Assembly (NCBI GenBank): GCA_963727775.1
Contig: CAVSHB010000001.1
Coordinates: forward strand, 352,001 to 416,000
DNA: 64,000 nt
Reading direction: 5' to 3'
DNA from: an uncultured Nitrospiraceae bacterium
GTDB lineage: Bacteria > Nitrospirota > Thermodesulfovibrionia > Thermodesulfovibrionales > SM23-35
Numbering within the stretch: the first letter of the stretch is position 1; each line of letters starts with the position of its first letter. This document shows positions 27,936-40,200 of this stretch, piece after piece. The translations under genes were made by a program, and so were the position numbers. The notes beneath the pieces are model-generated. The model made no database searches, was not told where the DNA came from, and saw nothing but the letters and a program-made list of their open reading frames with translations.

Positions 27936-30900
27936 TTACCGTCCACTGCCTGCTGTATTCTTTTTATATTCTCTCGCCTGGTCCATGAATGCCTCGATCT
28001 GCATCTCTGTTGTCGCTGATTCAGTCCCGTCATACGGTATGCTGATGCATGGAATCCCGTAGTCCCGGGTAACGCCTCTCAGGATTGCGGTAACAATAGT
28101 GCCCGGCATACAACCGAAAGGCATGGCATTTATGATCCCTGAAGCCCCTTTGTCTAAAAGATCGATGCTTTTCCCGATGCTTAAAACAGCCTCGCCCTCA
28201 AAAGAGCTATGTATATACGGTGAAGCCTTCTCAAGAATCTCTTCCGTCGCAGGTTCTTTCAGTGTCTTCAGAAATCCCTTAAAAAACTTTGCAGATTTAT
28301 GCTCTATCCTTAGCTGGAAGAACCTTTTCAGGAGAAAATTAATAATAGCAGACTTTTCCTTTTTTAACAACGCCTTCTTTAGACCCATCAGGTTTACATA
28401 GTAAATCCATTCCTCCGCAGGGGCGAGCCATACCTCACCGCCCAGCGCCTCAACCTTTCTTACAAGGTTTTCATTGGAGAACTTATGGGACCTGACAAAT
28501 ATCTCCCCGACTATCCCGATCAACGGCTTTCTGCCATTCTCCCTCGGCATATCCTCAAAATCTTTTCTCATTTCACCAAGGATCACTTCCAGTTTACCGT
28601 TATTGCTCGTTAATGACCGGTATAATTTTTTTAGATAATTCCGGTAAAGCTCGTCTGCAGAACCCTTGCTTTTTTCATATGGTCTTGTCTCATGAAGGCT
28701 CTTTGTAAGAAGTTCGTAGGCGATAATACCCTTCCATGCATGCATCGTAAAATCTTTTCCGACAATACCGAGGTCTTGATAAAAGGTTGTGTCCTGATTC
28801 GGTGAAAAAATCGGGACATCATTATAACCGAGTGTGTCAAGGACAGACCTATGAAAGACGTTATACTGGCCGAATCTGCATGGACCTGTGCCTGAAGGCA
28901 TGAAGAATGCGCTTTTCCCGGCAGTAAAGTCAGGTTCAAGCACCTTCTTTAACATGTCGCCTGTGGTGACCGCGCAAGGGTAACATTCCTTCCCGGAGAC
29001 ATATTTCTTGCCGAGGTCTGTTGTTTTTTTGTCGGATTCCGGGAGAACTTCCGCCTCTACACCGCAATGCTCGAAAGCGGCCGCAATTGCAAATGCGTGG
29101 TCCGACATGCGGGGGATGTAAACAATGCGCCCCCTGCCGAGTGATGTCTGGACATGTGAAGGTTTTCCCTGAGACTCGCGGCTTCCGGCGGCTTGCAATA
29201 CGGGTTCAGGTTGACGGTGTGATATGCTGTCAAGGAACGCCTCGCACCGCGTGATAGCGCCTGCATCGGCGCTGTGTTCATCGATCTCTATATGGAGGAA
29301 GGGTTTCTCTCCCATTTCTTTCTTGAAGTATTTCAGAATGAAAGAGTCGGGGCCGCAGGAGAAATTGCCTATATAAATTGCATAGAGGTTTTTCATGCCT
29401 TTGATAAACCGGGCGGTTTTTAATATCTTTTGCCCTGATCTCCAGTACATATTCGGCCATTCATCGTCTATTGAACGGCCTTCCAGCGGCAGGAAGTCAA
29501 AAGGGATTGACTGTATGCCGAGGTCTGCAAGTTTGCTCGGTATCTCAAGATTTACCCCGCTGTCGAGGGCATTGTAAGCCCTCCCGACGATAACGATTGC
29601 GTTGTCCTTCAATGAAGACAAGACTTCAGCGCTTTTTGCTTTTATTGCATCGGAAAATCTGTCCTGTGCGCTAAATGCCATATCTATTGCCTTTGATATG
29701 CCGGACCTTTTCAGCCTGAGCGGTTTGAAAGAACGCACGATTTCATTCGTCAGAAATTTTTTCCCGTGCTGCAGATCTACAACAGGCGCAATAACCCGAA
29801 TGGCGTCAAATGCGATCCGCGATACATAAGGGATTGATTGGGTATAGGGGCATGACAATCCTGTGCCTTTTTCTTCGGGATTATTAAGGTTAATAAAACT
29901 CGGCAGGAAAACGGCGTCGACATTTTTATCGAGCAGATACTGGATATGCCCGTGCGCGATCTTTACAGGGAAACAGGCTTCCGACAATACCCGCTCCAGT
30001 CCGAGATTAACTACCTGCCTGTTTGTCTTTGGAGACACCACCACTTCAAACCCGAGTTCCCATAGAAGTGTAGTCCAGAAAGGAAGGTAATCGTGAAAGA
30101 AAAAGATGTAGGGAATTCCAATTTTAAATTTTAAATTTTGAGTTTTGAGTTTTGAGTTTTCTTTTCGCTCTTCGTGCTCTTTCCATAACATTTCATCCCT
30201 GAACGAAAAGAGGTCAGGAAGGCCGGAGGTCTTTCTTTTCCTTATGTCATATTTTTCGCATCTCCCGCCGTAGAACAGAAAGCCTTGTTCACCGACAATC
30301 TTCACCCTGTTTATTTCACAGATATTCGGACACCCCTTGCACTCAAAAGACGATATCTCGTAAGGCCGCTGCGAAAGCTCAAACCCCTTAAAGGTAGTGA
30401 CGCGGCGACCTGTCCGTTCCCCCGTGCCTCCGTTTCCCCGTGCCTCTGATCCCTTATGTCCTTTTATCTCTGCGTCATTGCTTTTCATATGCTTCATGGC
30501 GATCATGGCCATGCCGATTGCTCCTGTAACATCATGGTCGGGAGGGACTGTTATATTTGCGCCGAGATATTTTTCGAAGGCGGCCACAACAGACTTGTTA
30601 AAGGCTACACCGCCCTGAAAGAATATATTTTTGCCGATCTTTTTCCCTGCAACGACCCTGTTTATATAATTCTGCACGATGGAGTACGCAAGTCCCGCGA
30701 GGAGGTCGTTCCTGTCGGCGCCCTTCTGAAGGTTTGCAAGCAGAGAATTCTCCATAAACACGGTGCACCTCTCCCCGAGCCTGCACGGATTTTTCGCAGA
30801 TAACGCATGCTGTTCGAACTCGCCTTTTATCGAGATATTCAGCTTCTCCGCCTGCTCTTCAAGAAAAGATCCCGTGCCGGCAGCACAGGCCTTATTCATC

Positions 30901-32324
30901 TCGAAATCAACGATGACGCCGTTTTCCAATGAGATGTATTTTGAGTCCTGGCCCCCGATCTCGAATATGGTGTCCACGTTTCCATCTATGAAAGCAGCTG
31001 CCGTAGCCTGGGCTGTAATCTCATTTTTTACAATGTCCGCGCCGACATAGTCAGCAATCATGTATCTGCCTGAGCCTGTAGTGCCGACCCCCAGGATCCT
31101 GACTTTGTTCGATATCTCATCTCCAATTTCCGCAAGCCCCTGTTTGACTGCATCAATGGGTCTTCCCGCAGTCATAAGGTATCTTTTAGCCAGGAGTTTT
31201 CCCTGCACATCAATAACAGCAAGATTGGTGCTGATAGATCCGATATCAATTCCGAGCCAGGCATCGATGAGTCCTGAGCCCTGGTCCTTAACGCCGGGGG
31301 CAGCAACATCGCCATGTTCTTTTCTTTCTAATCTCCCCTCGCGCTCCTTTGCTAAAATAGAGGCGAGGTGTTTACTTGCAGGTAGTGGATTCGGCTGATG
31401 ACTGACGGGCGATGACCCATTACCCAGAGGCGGATATCCCTCATCCGACGGCCTGTATGAGTTGAGAAAATTTTCAAGCAACACGATATCGAACCGGTTG
31501 GCGCTTCCCGTATGTATATTTTTCAGCGCGGCGCCGATCGCCCCCATGAGCGCGTAATCCTCAGGTACCAATAGATCATTAAGGCCGAAGATTTCCTTAA
31601 AGGCCCTCACCATACCGCTGTTTGCGGCAACTCCTCCCTGGAATGATACAGGAGGGATGATTTTTCGTCCCCTTGATATGGAACCTTTAAAATTCCTTGC
31701 AACTGCAAAACAGAGACCTGACACAATATCTTCGATAGGGGTCGCGATCTGCTGGAGATGGATCATATCGGACTTCGCGAATACACTGCACCTGCCTGCA
31801 ATCCTCGGAGGCCGCTCCGATTTAAGAGCCATGGCGCTCAATTCTTCTAGCGTGAGACGAAGCCTTTCCGCCTGCTGGTCCAGAAATGAACCGGTGCCTG
31901 CAGCGCACACGGAATTCATCGAGAAGTCTTTTATGGAGCGTCCGTTTTCACTCAAGAGGATGAGTTTTGAATCTTCTCCGCCCATCTCGATTATTGTCTT
32001 TATATGCGGGAACAATTTATGCGTAGAATAAGCGTGAGCAACAATTTCATTTACCGGATCTATGCCGAAGACAGAGGCAATCATCCTTCCGGCGGACCCG
32101 GTGACCGAAAGTGAAAACGTCTCGGGTGGCTGAGAAACGGTCCGGTTTTGCGGTTTAGCGACTCCTTTAGTCTCCGGCTTAACCAGTTTCTTCAGGAGTT
32201 CATAGGCCGCGCTGATAGGGTGTCCCTTATGTCTTTCATAATGACTGTAAAGCTTATTCCCTTTTTCATCAAGAACAACAAGCTTAACACTTACTGAACC
32301 TGCGTCAAGTCCGATGTAATTCAT
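27936..32324 (-). CDS. Acyl-CoA dehydratase activase fusion (two BadF/BadG/BcrA/BcrD ATPase domains plus DUF2229-like)
   Basis: Two 'GLDAGSVSVK'/'GIDIGSISTN' ASKHA motifs, two 'MN..CAAGTGSFL', 'RCSVF'/'RCTVF', 'ACFPVK', 'CGPD', 'PFGCMPG'. Confidence 0.92.
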   Translation of the reverse strand: MNYIGLDAGSVSVKLVVLDEKGNKLYSHYERHKGHPISAAYELLKKLVKPETKGVAKPQNRTVSQPPETFSLSVTGSAGRMIASVFGIDPVNEIVAHAYSTHKLFPHIKTIIEMGGEDSKLILLSENGRSIKDFSMNSVCAAGTGSFLDQQAERLRLTLEELSAMALKSERPPRIAGRCSVFAKSDMIHLQQIATPIEDIVSGLCFAVARNFKGSISRGRKIIPPVSFQGGVAANSGMVRAFKEIFGLNDLLVPEDYALMGAIGAALKNIHTGSANRFDIVLLENFLNSYRPSDEGYPPLGNGSSPVSHQPNPLPASKHLASILAKEREGRLERKEHGDVAAPGVKDQGSGLIDAWLGIDIGSISTNLAVIDVQGKLLAKRYLMTAGRPIDAVKQGLAEIGDEISNKVRILGVGTTGSGRYMIADYVGADIVKNEITAQATAAAFIDGNVDTIFEIGGQDSKYISLENGVIVDFEMNKACAAGTGSFLEEQAEKLNISIKGEFEQHALSAKNPCRLGERCTVFMENSLLANLQKGADRNDLLAGLAYSIVQNYINRVVAGKKIGKNIFFQGGVAFNKSVVAAFEKYLGANITVPPDHDVTGAIGMAMIAMKHMKSNDAEIKGHKGSEARGNGGTGERTGRRVTTFKGFELSQRPYEISSFECKGCPNICEINRVKIVGEQGFLFYGGRCEKYDIRKRKTSGLPDLFSFRDEMLWKEHEERKENSKLKTQNLKFKIGIPYIFFFHDYLPFWTTLLWELGFEVVVSPKTNRQVVNLGLERVLSEACFPVKIAHGHIQYLLDKNVDAVFLPSFINLNNPEEKGTGLSCPYTQSIPYVSRIAFDAIRVIAPVVDLQHGKKFLTNEIVRSFKPLRLKRSGISKAIDMAFSAQDRFSDAIKAKSAEVLSSLKDNAIVIVGRAYNALDSGVNLEIPSKLADLGIQSIPFDFLPLEGRSIDDEWPNMYWRSGQKILKTARFIKGMKNLYAIYIGNFSCGPDSFILKYFKKEMGEKPFLHIEIDEHSADAGAITRCEAFLDSISHRQPEPVLQAAGSRESQGKPSHVQTSLGRGRIVYIPRMSDHAFAIAAAFEHCGVEAEVLPESDKKTTDLGKKYVSGKECYPCAVTTGDMLKKVLEPDFTAGKSAFFMPSGTGPCRFGQYNVFHRSVLDTLGYNDVPIFSPNQDTTFYQDLGIVGKDFTMHAWKGIIAYELLTKSLHETRPYEKSKGSADELYRNYLKKLYRSLTSNNGKLEVILGEMRKDFEDMPRENGRKPLIGIVGEIFVRSHKFSNENLVRKVEALGGEVWLAPAEEWIYYVNLMGLKKALLKKEKSAIINFLLKRFFQLRIEHKSAKFFKGFLKTLKEPATEEILEKASPYIHSSFEGEAVLSIGKSIDLLDKGASGIINAMPFGCMPGTIVTAILRGVTRDYGIPCISIPYDGTESATTEMQIEAFMDQAREYKKNTAGSGR

Positions 32325-32496
32325 AGCTGCTCCGATTTCTTGAAATTATAACACAGACCTGGATGATCTTTAATAACAAGGTATAGAGAGCATTTTTCAC
32401 TAAGAAGTTAAACCTCACGATATCTTCCTCTTTGGCGTAGGCTAAATAATATATTAAGTCTCTATATGTAATACAGATAAACATAATATTATTTTC

Positions 32497-32525
32497 TTGA
32501 CATTTAGTGTGCTTTTTAATATCCT
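32497..32525 (+). promoter_or_regulatory. Sigma70-type promoter candidate for the TPS locus
   Basis: TTGACA-N17-TATCCT in an AT-rich intergenic region. Confidence 0.5.
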
Positions 32526-32555
32526 TTTGTATAATAACTTAGAGTTGTTTCGGAA

Positions 32556-34214
32556 TTGGGTGCCCATTTTGTTGATGATTTAACAATATTGCGAGAGGGG
32601 GCAATTATTAAATTAAATCCTTACAGAAAAGTATTTTTGTCCCTTAAACTATTCTTGTCTCTTGTAATTTTCACGGCATACCTGTTCGTATTTCCCAACC
32701 TTTTGCCGGCAGCTGAACAAGGCGGCTTCTTAATAACAAAGATAAATATCAAAGGCAATACCGTTGTCAGTTCAAAAGACCTCGGCAGGCTGATAAAACA
32801 CTATGAGGGCGCCCGCCTGACTTTGCCTGAGCTGCAGAAGATAGCTGCTCTCATAACAGAGGAATATAAAAAGCGCGGGTACATCATAGCAACCGCCTAT
32901 GTGCCTGAACAAAGCATAGTAAACGGTACAGTCGAGATTGCGGTGCTGGAAGGCAAGGTAGGCGAAGTGATTGTTCAGGGCAATCACAGATATTATTCGA
33001 CAGAGTTTATCAGGAAACACTTCGACCCGGTCAAAAATGCGCCGGCGTTAAACCAAGACAATCTGGAAAGGGCGCTCTTGGTACTGAATGAATATCCTAA
33101 GCTCAGTGTTAAAACCACATTGCAGGCAGGAAAGGAACCCGGGACCACGGACCTCATCGTAACAGCAGATAATTCCCTGCCTGTTAATGTCACTCTGGAC
33201 TACAATAACTTCGGGTCGCGGTTTGTAAGCAGGAACAGGTACGGCGCGGCGTTTGATGTCGGCAACCTGGTGAGAGAAGGCGCGATTCTCTCGGCCCGCG
33301 GGGTCACAGGAGATGACCCTGACAAGATGCTCTATGGAAGAGGAGCATACAGTATTCCCTTAAATACCCTCGGCACAAGACTCAGCGGTTATTATGCGAA
33401 TGGTTATTCCGATATCGGAGCACAACTTGAAGCCCTCGGCCTGAAAGGTAAAACCGAGGCGTATGGCCTTTATATTACGCACCCTTTTATAAAGAGGACG
33501 AGCGTCAGCCTGACCGCTGAGTTTGGTTTCGATATAAAAAATGCAAAACAAACCGTATTTGCTTCATCAAATCAAACGGACAAGAATGACAGGACCCGTG
33601 CTATAAGGGGAGCAGTGAACTATGAAGCAATTGATCTCTCCGGCAGGACAACAGCGGCCTTTACCGCTTCGCAGGGGCTCGGTGATATCCTTGGCGCAAT
33701 GTCCGACCATGACGAGTCGTCAAGCCGGGTAGATGCCGATAACAGATTTACGAAATTCAACCTTGATATATTACGGCTTCAAAGGATATATCCTTTCTAT
33801 AAGGGAGAAGCGTTTGTTTACGCAATCCTCAGGGGCTCGGGTCAGTGGTCTATAAACAACCTTGTCGCAAACGAACAGTTTGCCGTCGGCGGCTCCGAAT
33901 CAGTGAGGGGTTATCCCGAATCGGAATTTGTGGGAGACTTCGGGTATTCTGTTTCCGCTGAACTCAGGGTCGCTCCTTTGGTCAAGAAAGACCTTTTTCA
34001 ATTGGCCTTTTTTATCGACAACGGCGGAGTTTATCAGAGAAATCCGGGGACCCAGATTGGAAACCATAACATAACAGGCGCTGGCACAGGGATCCGCCTG
34101 AATCTTCCATACGATATTAATATAAGGGCGGACGTCGGTTTTGCCATAGGTCCTGATAAGAATTCGGAAGGCAAGAAAACTGTCTTTTATGTACAGGCTG
34201 CAAAAAGGTTTTAG
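32556..34214 (+). CDS. Two-partner secretion transporter TpsB (ShlB/FhaC/HecB family)
   Basis: POTRA ('ITKINIKGNTV', 'YKKRGYI', 'AVLEGKVG'), 'DYNNFGS', VRGY motif 'SVRGYPE', C-terminal Phe; exact start uncertain. Confidence 0.92.
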   Translation: MGAHFVDDLTILREGAIIKLNPYRKVFLSLKLFLSLVIFTAYLFVFPNLLPAAEQGGFLITKINIKGNTVVSSKDLGRLIKHYEGARLTLPELQKIAALITEEYKKRGYIIATAYVPEQSIVNGTVEIAVLEGKVGEVIVQGNHRYYSTEFIRKHFDPVKNAPALNQDNLERALLVLNEYPKLSVKTTLQAGKEPGTTDLIVTADNSLPVNVTLDYNNFGSRFVSRNRYGAAFDVGNLVREGAILSARGVTGDDPDKMLYGRGAYSIPLNTLGTRLSGYYANGYSDIGAQLEALGLKGKTEAYGLYITHPFIKRTSVSLTAEFGFDIKNAKQTVFASSNQTDKNDRTRAIRGAVNYEAIDLSGRTTAAFTASQGLGDILGAMSDHDESSSRVDADNRFTKFNLDILRLQRIYPFYKGEAFVYAILRGSGQWSINNLVANEQFAVGGSESVRGYPESEFVGDFGYSVSAELRVAPLVKKDLFQLAFFIDNGGVYQRNPGTQIGNHNITGAGTGIRLNLPYDINIRADVGFAIGPDKNSEGKKTVFYVQAAKRF

Positions 34215-34285
34215 CGATGGCGAGTAATATTTTTAAGACATACAGGAATAACAAATTTTATTTTAAAGGCAACAAGGAGGGGAAT

Positions 34286-37200
34286 ATGTTGTCACGAATG
34301 AACATTGATTTAAGCAGGACGGGACGGACAGATTGGATGAGAAAAATGTCTAAAGACGCGCTGGCTGTTTTGGGGATTTGCATCTTAATGCTCATGCCCG
34401 CGTTGGCGCATGCCCTGCCGCAGGGCGGGAATGTTATAGGGGGTAGTGCGTCCATTTCAACCCCTAATTCCGGAACGATGAATATCGTCCAGAGCACGAA
34501 TAAGGCGATCATCAACTGGCAGGGCTTCAGCATAGACACCAATGAACTGGTGAAGTTCGTCCAGCCGGGCTCGTCCGCTGTTGCCTTAAACAGAGTCGTC
34601 GGTATTGACCCCTCTTCAATACTCGGACAGCTCTCCGCCAACGGCAAGGTTTTTCTTGTCAACCCCAACGGGATTTACTTCGGCAAGAATGCGAGAGTGG
34701 ACGCCGCAGGTTTACTGGCGACCACGCTGAATATCAAAGACAACGATTTCATGTCAGGCAATTATTCATTTACGCAGGACCAGGACAAGGCGCTTTCTTA
34801 CATTATTAATCAGGGCAAGATCGTAATCAACGATAATGGCTTTGCGGTGCTCGTTGCTCCGCTCGTTTCTAATGAAGGTTTGATCGTTGCTAACCTCGGA
34901 CAGGTGAAGATAGGCGCAGCCGAACAGTTCACCGTGAACTTCGACGGTAATGGTCTCATCAATTTCGCCATCTCAAATTCTAATGGCCAGACGCCGGGCA
35001 CGGTGTTAATCCCCTCAAGCCAGGTCACTGACCTTATTAAGGCGGTTGTAAATACCTCTCAGATTGTTGAGGCAGGACAGGTTATCGAAGAGAACGGAGT
35101 TGTTAAACTCGTCGGCGCAAGCGGCGTTGCAATCAACTCCGGAACGATTCAGGCAAACGGCGCACCGGGACAGAAAGCAGGAAGTATAGAATTGAACTCA
35201 ACACAGGCAACTATTGTCGCCACTGGCGGTTTGATTACCGCTAACGGAGTAGGTGAAAACTCATCAGGCGGAGAGATTAAGATTCTCTCTGATATGCAAA
35301 AGGGGTTTACCGGCCTAGGACTTGGTTCTGCTATTGAAGCGAAGGGCGGTATAACCGGCGCCGGCGGATCGGTAGAAATATCCGGGCATGGTTTTCAGAC
35401 ATGGGGTTCGATTGATGTTTCAGCAACCGGTGGTGTCGCAGGTACAATATTGCTCGACCCGGCCAACATCACAATAGTGGACAGCCCGAGTGGTACTAAT
35501 GCATCGGATTATAATTTTACGGGTGGAATACATCCACTGCCCGATAATTTGGGCACGGGGTTCTTTTTCGCTACAGGTGGTCATGATTATAACGCCAATG
35601 GAACCCTAAATGAAATCTCCTCCGGGTACCTTACTACATTAGCTGGAACGATTGTTCTGCAGGCAACAAATAGTATTACAATCAATCAGATAACTCTAAA
35701 TCCTTTAACATGGGCATCTCCCACCAATCTTGTTTTACAGGCTGGTGGGAAAATTGCGTTCAGTAGTGTCGGCCCGTTTACTATAAACACCGATGGCGGT
35801 AGTATCCAGCTGGAAGCCGACTCTCCCCACAGCGTTGCTGCCGGTGGTCTCTATGATGGTAATGGAAAGGTTGATTTGGGCAGCGTTACCTTAAATACTG
35901 GCGGCGGCAATGTGACCATTATTGCCGGGGCCAATACTGCGACGCCTATCGATGCGACAGCTGCAACACCTCCATCGATAAATGCCGGTGCCGGAAACGT
36001 CAATCTCGCCTATTCTAATGGCCTTAATCCCGTAGGGGGGATCCTCTAACTATCAATGCTAATTTTAATAAGTTACTGAACATTATTAGTACCACCGGAA
36101 TTGTTACTGTAGGCCAGGCGACAACTGCTGGCACTAACGGCTTGGGTGGTGCGAGCGCAATACCCCTTACCAACGGTGCCATAACAGTAGGCGCGGGGAT
36201 CTCAAACGCATCTATTGGGGAACTTCAGCTTATTGGCACTTCTATTAATGGTGATGGAAATATTGCCCACAGAATAGGAAGTGGTGGAACCGCTCCTGCG
36301 GACGTGGTATTACTTGCAACAGGTGCATCGGGCTTTATCGGCGCACCGGGGACTGAAGTGATTATTGGAACTGGAGTTACGTCATTGAGCGCTGATACAA
36401 CGGCATCAAACGGGAATATATATATCACAAGTGCATTTGGAGATATTCCGGTAAATGTTATTAACGCAGGGACAGGGAACGTGACCCTTAATGCTGCATC
36501 ATCTATAAGAAATGTCGCAACTCCATCAACAACAACGAATATCATTGCGAATACTGCTTCATTGTCAGCCGCAACCGGCATAGGGACCCTAGGGACCCAC
36601 TTGAATATAGATGTTGGGACATTGACTCAGGCTTTATCCAATAGCGGCAATATTGCGATTGATCTATGGGACGTAACCAGTAGCGGCGTTACGGTGGGCT
36701 CTGCAACAGGCGCAGTAGCTACAACGGGCGGCGCTGGAAATATAGTATTGACTTCGCACAGCACGAATACGACGACAATATATACTGTTGGGGCTTATAA
36801 CGGCAGTACGACTATAACGAGCGCGGGGAACCTTGTTGTTGATAACGTTTCTGCCGATTACGCTGTTGGCGGGGGAACAGATCCGATTAATATTGCAGTT
36901 AATACCGCAGGCGGTCTTCTAACTTGGCAAGCCTTGGCCGGGAATACGCATCCCCATACAATAACTACAAACTTTGCCGGATCTAACGGCCCGATTACTT
37001 TAAGAGCCGACCAAATGGACTTTCAAGGCGGCGGTGTTACTAATTTGATTGCTGCGGGATCAGGGACAGTGACACTGAAGCCGTTTAGCTTAGGGACAAT
37101 AATAGGGATCGGAAGTGCCGACAGCGGGACGACCCTCGGCTTGACTGCAGCTGAGCTAAACATGGTATCGACCACCGGCACTGTCGTTATCGGCGATCCA

Positions 37201-40200
37201 GCAAATACGGGCGGTATCCAGATAAGCGCAGCTACGGACCTTTCTGCTGCAGGATTTACCAACCTGGCTTTGATTACGGGGAACACCGGAACATCAGCTA
37301 CAACCCCGGCAATTTATGATGGAACAACATGGACCGGCGGCTCCCTTCTGACATTGCCCGGCACTTTAACACTCGATGCGAAGGGCGGGATAGATGTGAC
37401 CACTGCCGTCAACACAATAGCGGGCATTTCGCGCACAGCAGGCGATATTTTCATAGAGGAATCAAACGGCTTAATAATCGGTAATGGTTATGGAGGGGTA
37501 ACCGGTCTTACAACTACTGCAAGTTTTATTAAGGTAGTAGTTGCCCTCGGCGACCTTGCGATCAATGCTGATATAACTTCAGCTGGAGGCGCTGGAGATG
37601 CAGCGCTGTACGCAACAGCGGGCTCGATAACCCAGGGTGGCGGCACGATAACGGCGAACAACCTGATACTGAGCGCATCGACGGGTATAGGAACATCCGG
37701 GAACAACATCCTGACTGATGTGACCACGGTTGCTGCGGAGACGACATCAGCCGTGACCGGAGATATTTTCATACATGAGAAGGACACAACGACTCTTGAT
37801 GGATTAACGATAGGCAGCGTGACGATAGATTCAAATACGGTAACGGGAATAAACAGCAGCCCATCAAATGGTCTTATCAAGATAACGGTAGATACCAATA
37901 ATTTGGCTATCAACAACGATGTAAACGCCGGCACTGGAGATGCAGCGCTGTACGCAACAGCGGGCTCGATAACCCAGGGTGGCGGCACGATAACGGCGAA
38001 CAACCTGATACTGAGCGCATCGACGGGTATAGGAACATCCGGGAACAACATCCTGACTGATGTGACCACGGTTGCTGCGGAGACGACATCAGCCGTGACC
38101 GGAGATATTTTCATACATGAGAAGGACACAACGACTCTTGATGGATTAACGATAGGCAGCGTGACGATAGACGGGGATACGGTAACGGGAGTAAACAGCA
38201 GCCCATCAAATGGTCTTATCAAGATAACGGTAGATACCAATAATTTGGCTATCAACAACGATGTAAAGGCCGGCACTGGAGATGCAGCGCTGTACGCAAC
38301 AGCGGGCGCGATAACCCAGGGTGGCGGCACGATAACGGCGAACAACCTGATCCTGAGCGCATCGACCGGTATTGGAACATCCGGGAACAACATCCTGACT
38401 GATGTGACCACAGTTGGTGCGGAGACGACATCAGCCGTGACCGGAGATATTTTCATACATGAGAAGGACACAACGACTCTTGATGGATTAACGATAGGCA
38501 GCGTGACGATAGACGGGGATACGGTAACGGGAGTAAACAGCAGCCCATCAAATGGTCTTATCAAGATAACGGTAGATACCAATAATTTGGCTATCAACAA
38601 CGATGTAAACGCCGGCACTGGAGATGCAGCGCTGTATGCAACCGCGGGCGCGATAACCCAAGGTGGCGGAACGATAACGGCGAACAACCTGATACTGAGC
38701 GCATCGACGGGTATAGGAACATCCGCGAATAACATTTATACTGATGTGACCACAGTTGGTGCGAAGACAACATCAAGCGGCGATATTTTCATACATGAGG
38801 GCGATGGTTTAACGATAGGCAGTGTGACGATAGATGGGGATACGGTAACGGGGATAGACAGCAGCGCAGGGCCTGGGCTTATAAAGATAGTGGTGGACAA
38901 CGACAACCTGGCGATCAACAACAAAGTAAACGCTGGTGGTGGAGATGTGGCGCTGTATGCCTCATCGGGATCGATAACGACAAACGGCGGCGGAATGATA
39001 ACGGCGAACAACCTGATACTGATCGCATCGACGGGTATAGGAACATCCGCGAATAATATTCTGACTGATGTAACGACGGTTGCTGCAGAGACAGCGTCAG
39101 TCGTGACCGGCGATATCTTCATAAACGAGAAGGACACAACGACTGCTGATGGATTAACGATAGGCAGCGTAACGATAGACGGGAATACGGTAACGGGGAT
39201 AGACAGCAGCGCATCAAATGGTCTTATCAAGGTAACTGTGGACACCAATAACCTTCTGATCAACAATGCTGTAAATGCCGGGAGCGGCAATGTTGAACTT
39301 ATTGCAACTGCCGGAAGCATAACCGATACAGGAGCGCCGGGAATTACAGGGACTCAACTCATACTAAAAGCAGCAAACGGTATAGGCATTGAACCTGGGA
39401 ATCCGCTTGACACCACGGTCTCTCAGTTGGATGCTGTCAACACTACAAACAATGATATCAACATATCTAATACAGGAGACCTTGAATTAAAAGACCTGAA
39501 TGCCGATACATTCTCAGTTCAAAATCAGGTACTGAACGGTGTTATAAGATTAACAAATGCAGGGAAAATAACAGTAACTGACACAGTCCAATCAAAGGAT
39601 GGTCTGATAGATTTTACTGCCAGTTCTCCAATAATAATTAACGCAAACATATTATCCGGCGGCGGAAATATTAATCAGACTGCAAACAATCCAGACGGAT
39701 ATATTTATGTTAATGCAACATTGGATTCTACTGGCGGCGCAGGCGTGGGTGATATCAACCTGACAGCCAATGGCGTAGACGGCTCCAATCGGAGCATTGT
39801 TATGAATTCAGTGTCGGGCATAATCAACGCAAAACACGATGCCATTCTGCTCGCTTCCGGAGGTGGTTCAGGAGATATTATAGTATCCAAAATAACAGCA
39901 GGCAACCAGATATCCATAACTGCCAATAACGGCTCGATACTGGATGACGAAGTTGAAACAACCCTGCTTTCTGCTCCGAGTATAATTCTCAATGCATCGG
40001 GTGACATCGGGAACAAGAATACTCCGCAGGCTGATCCGTTCCCACCTAAGGGGTATATTGATATCGATGCCGCGCCATTGCCGACCATGAGTCTTACAGG
40101 CCAAAACATATATGTGAATTTAGTCGGGGTAGGTGGATTACATACTTCTCAGATAACGTTCCTTAATATAACCTCACCGACCGGCGAACTTGGGCTTGCA

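Noticed and set aside
37594..39282. Long direct repeats as a possible CRISPR array or DGR template/variable repeat
   Set aside because: Units are in-frame 342-bp coding repeats with no unique spacers; there is no cas or reverse-transcriptase gene in the window
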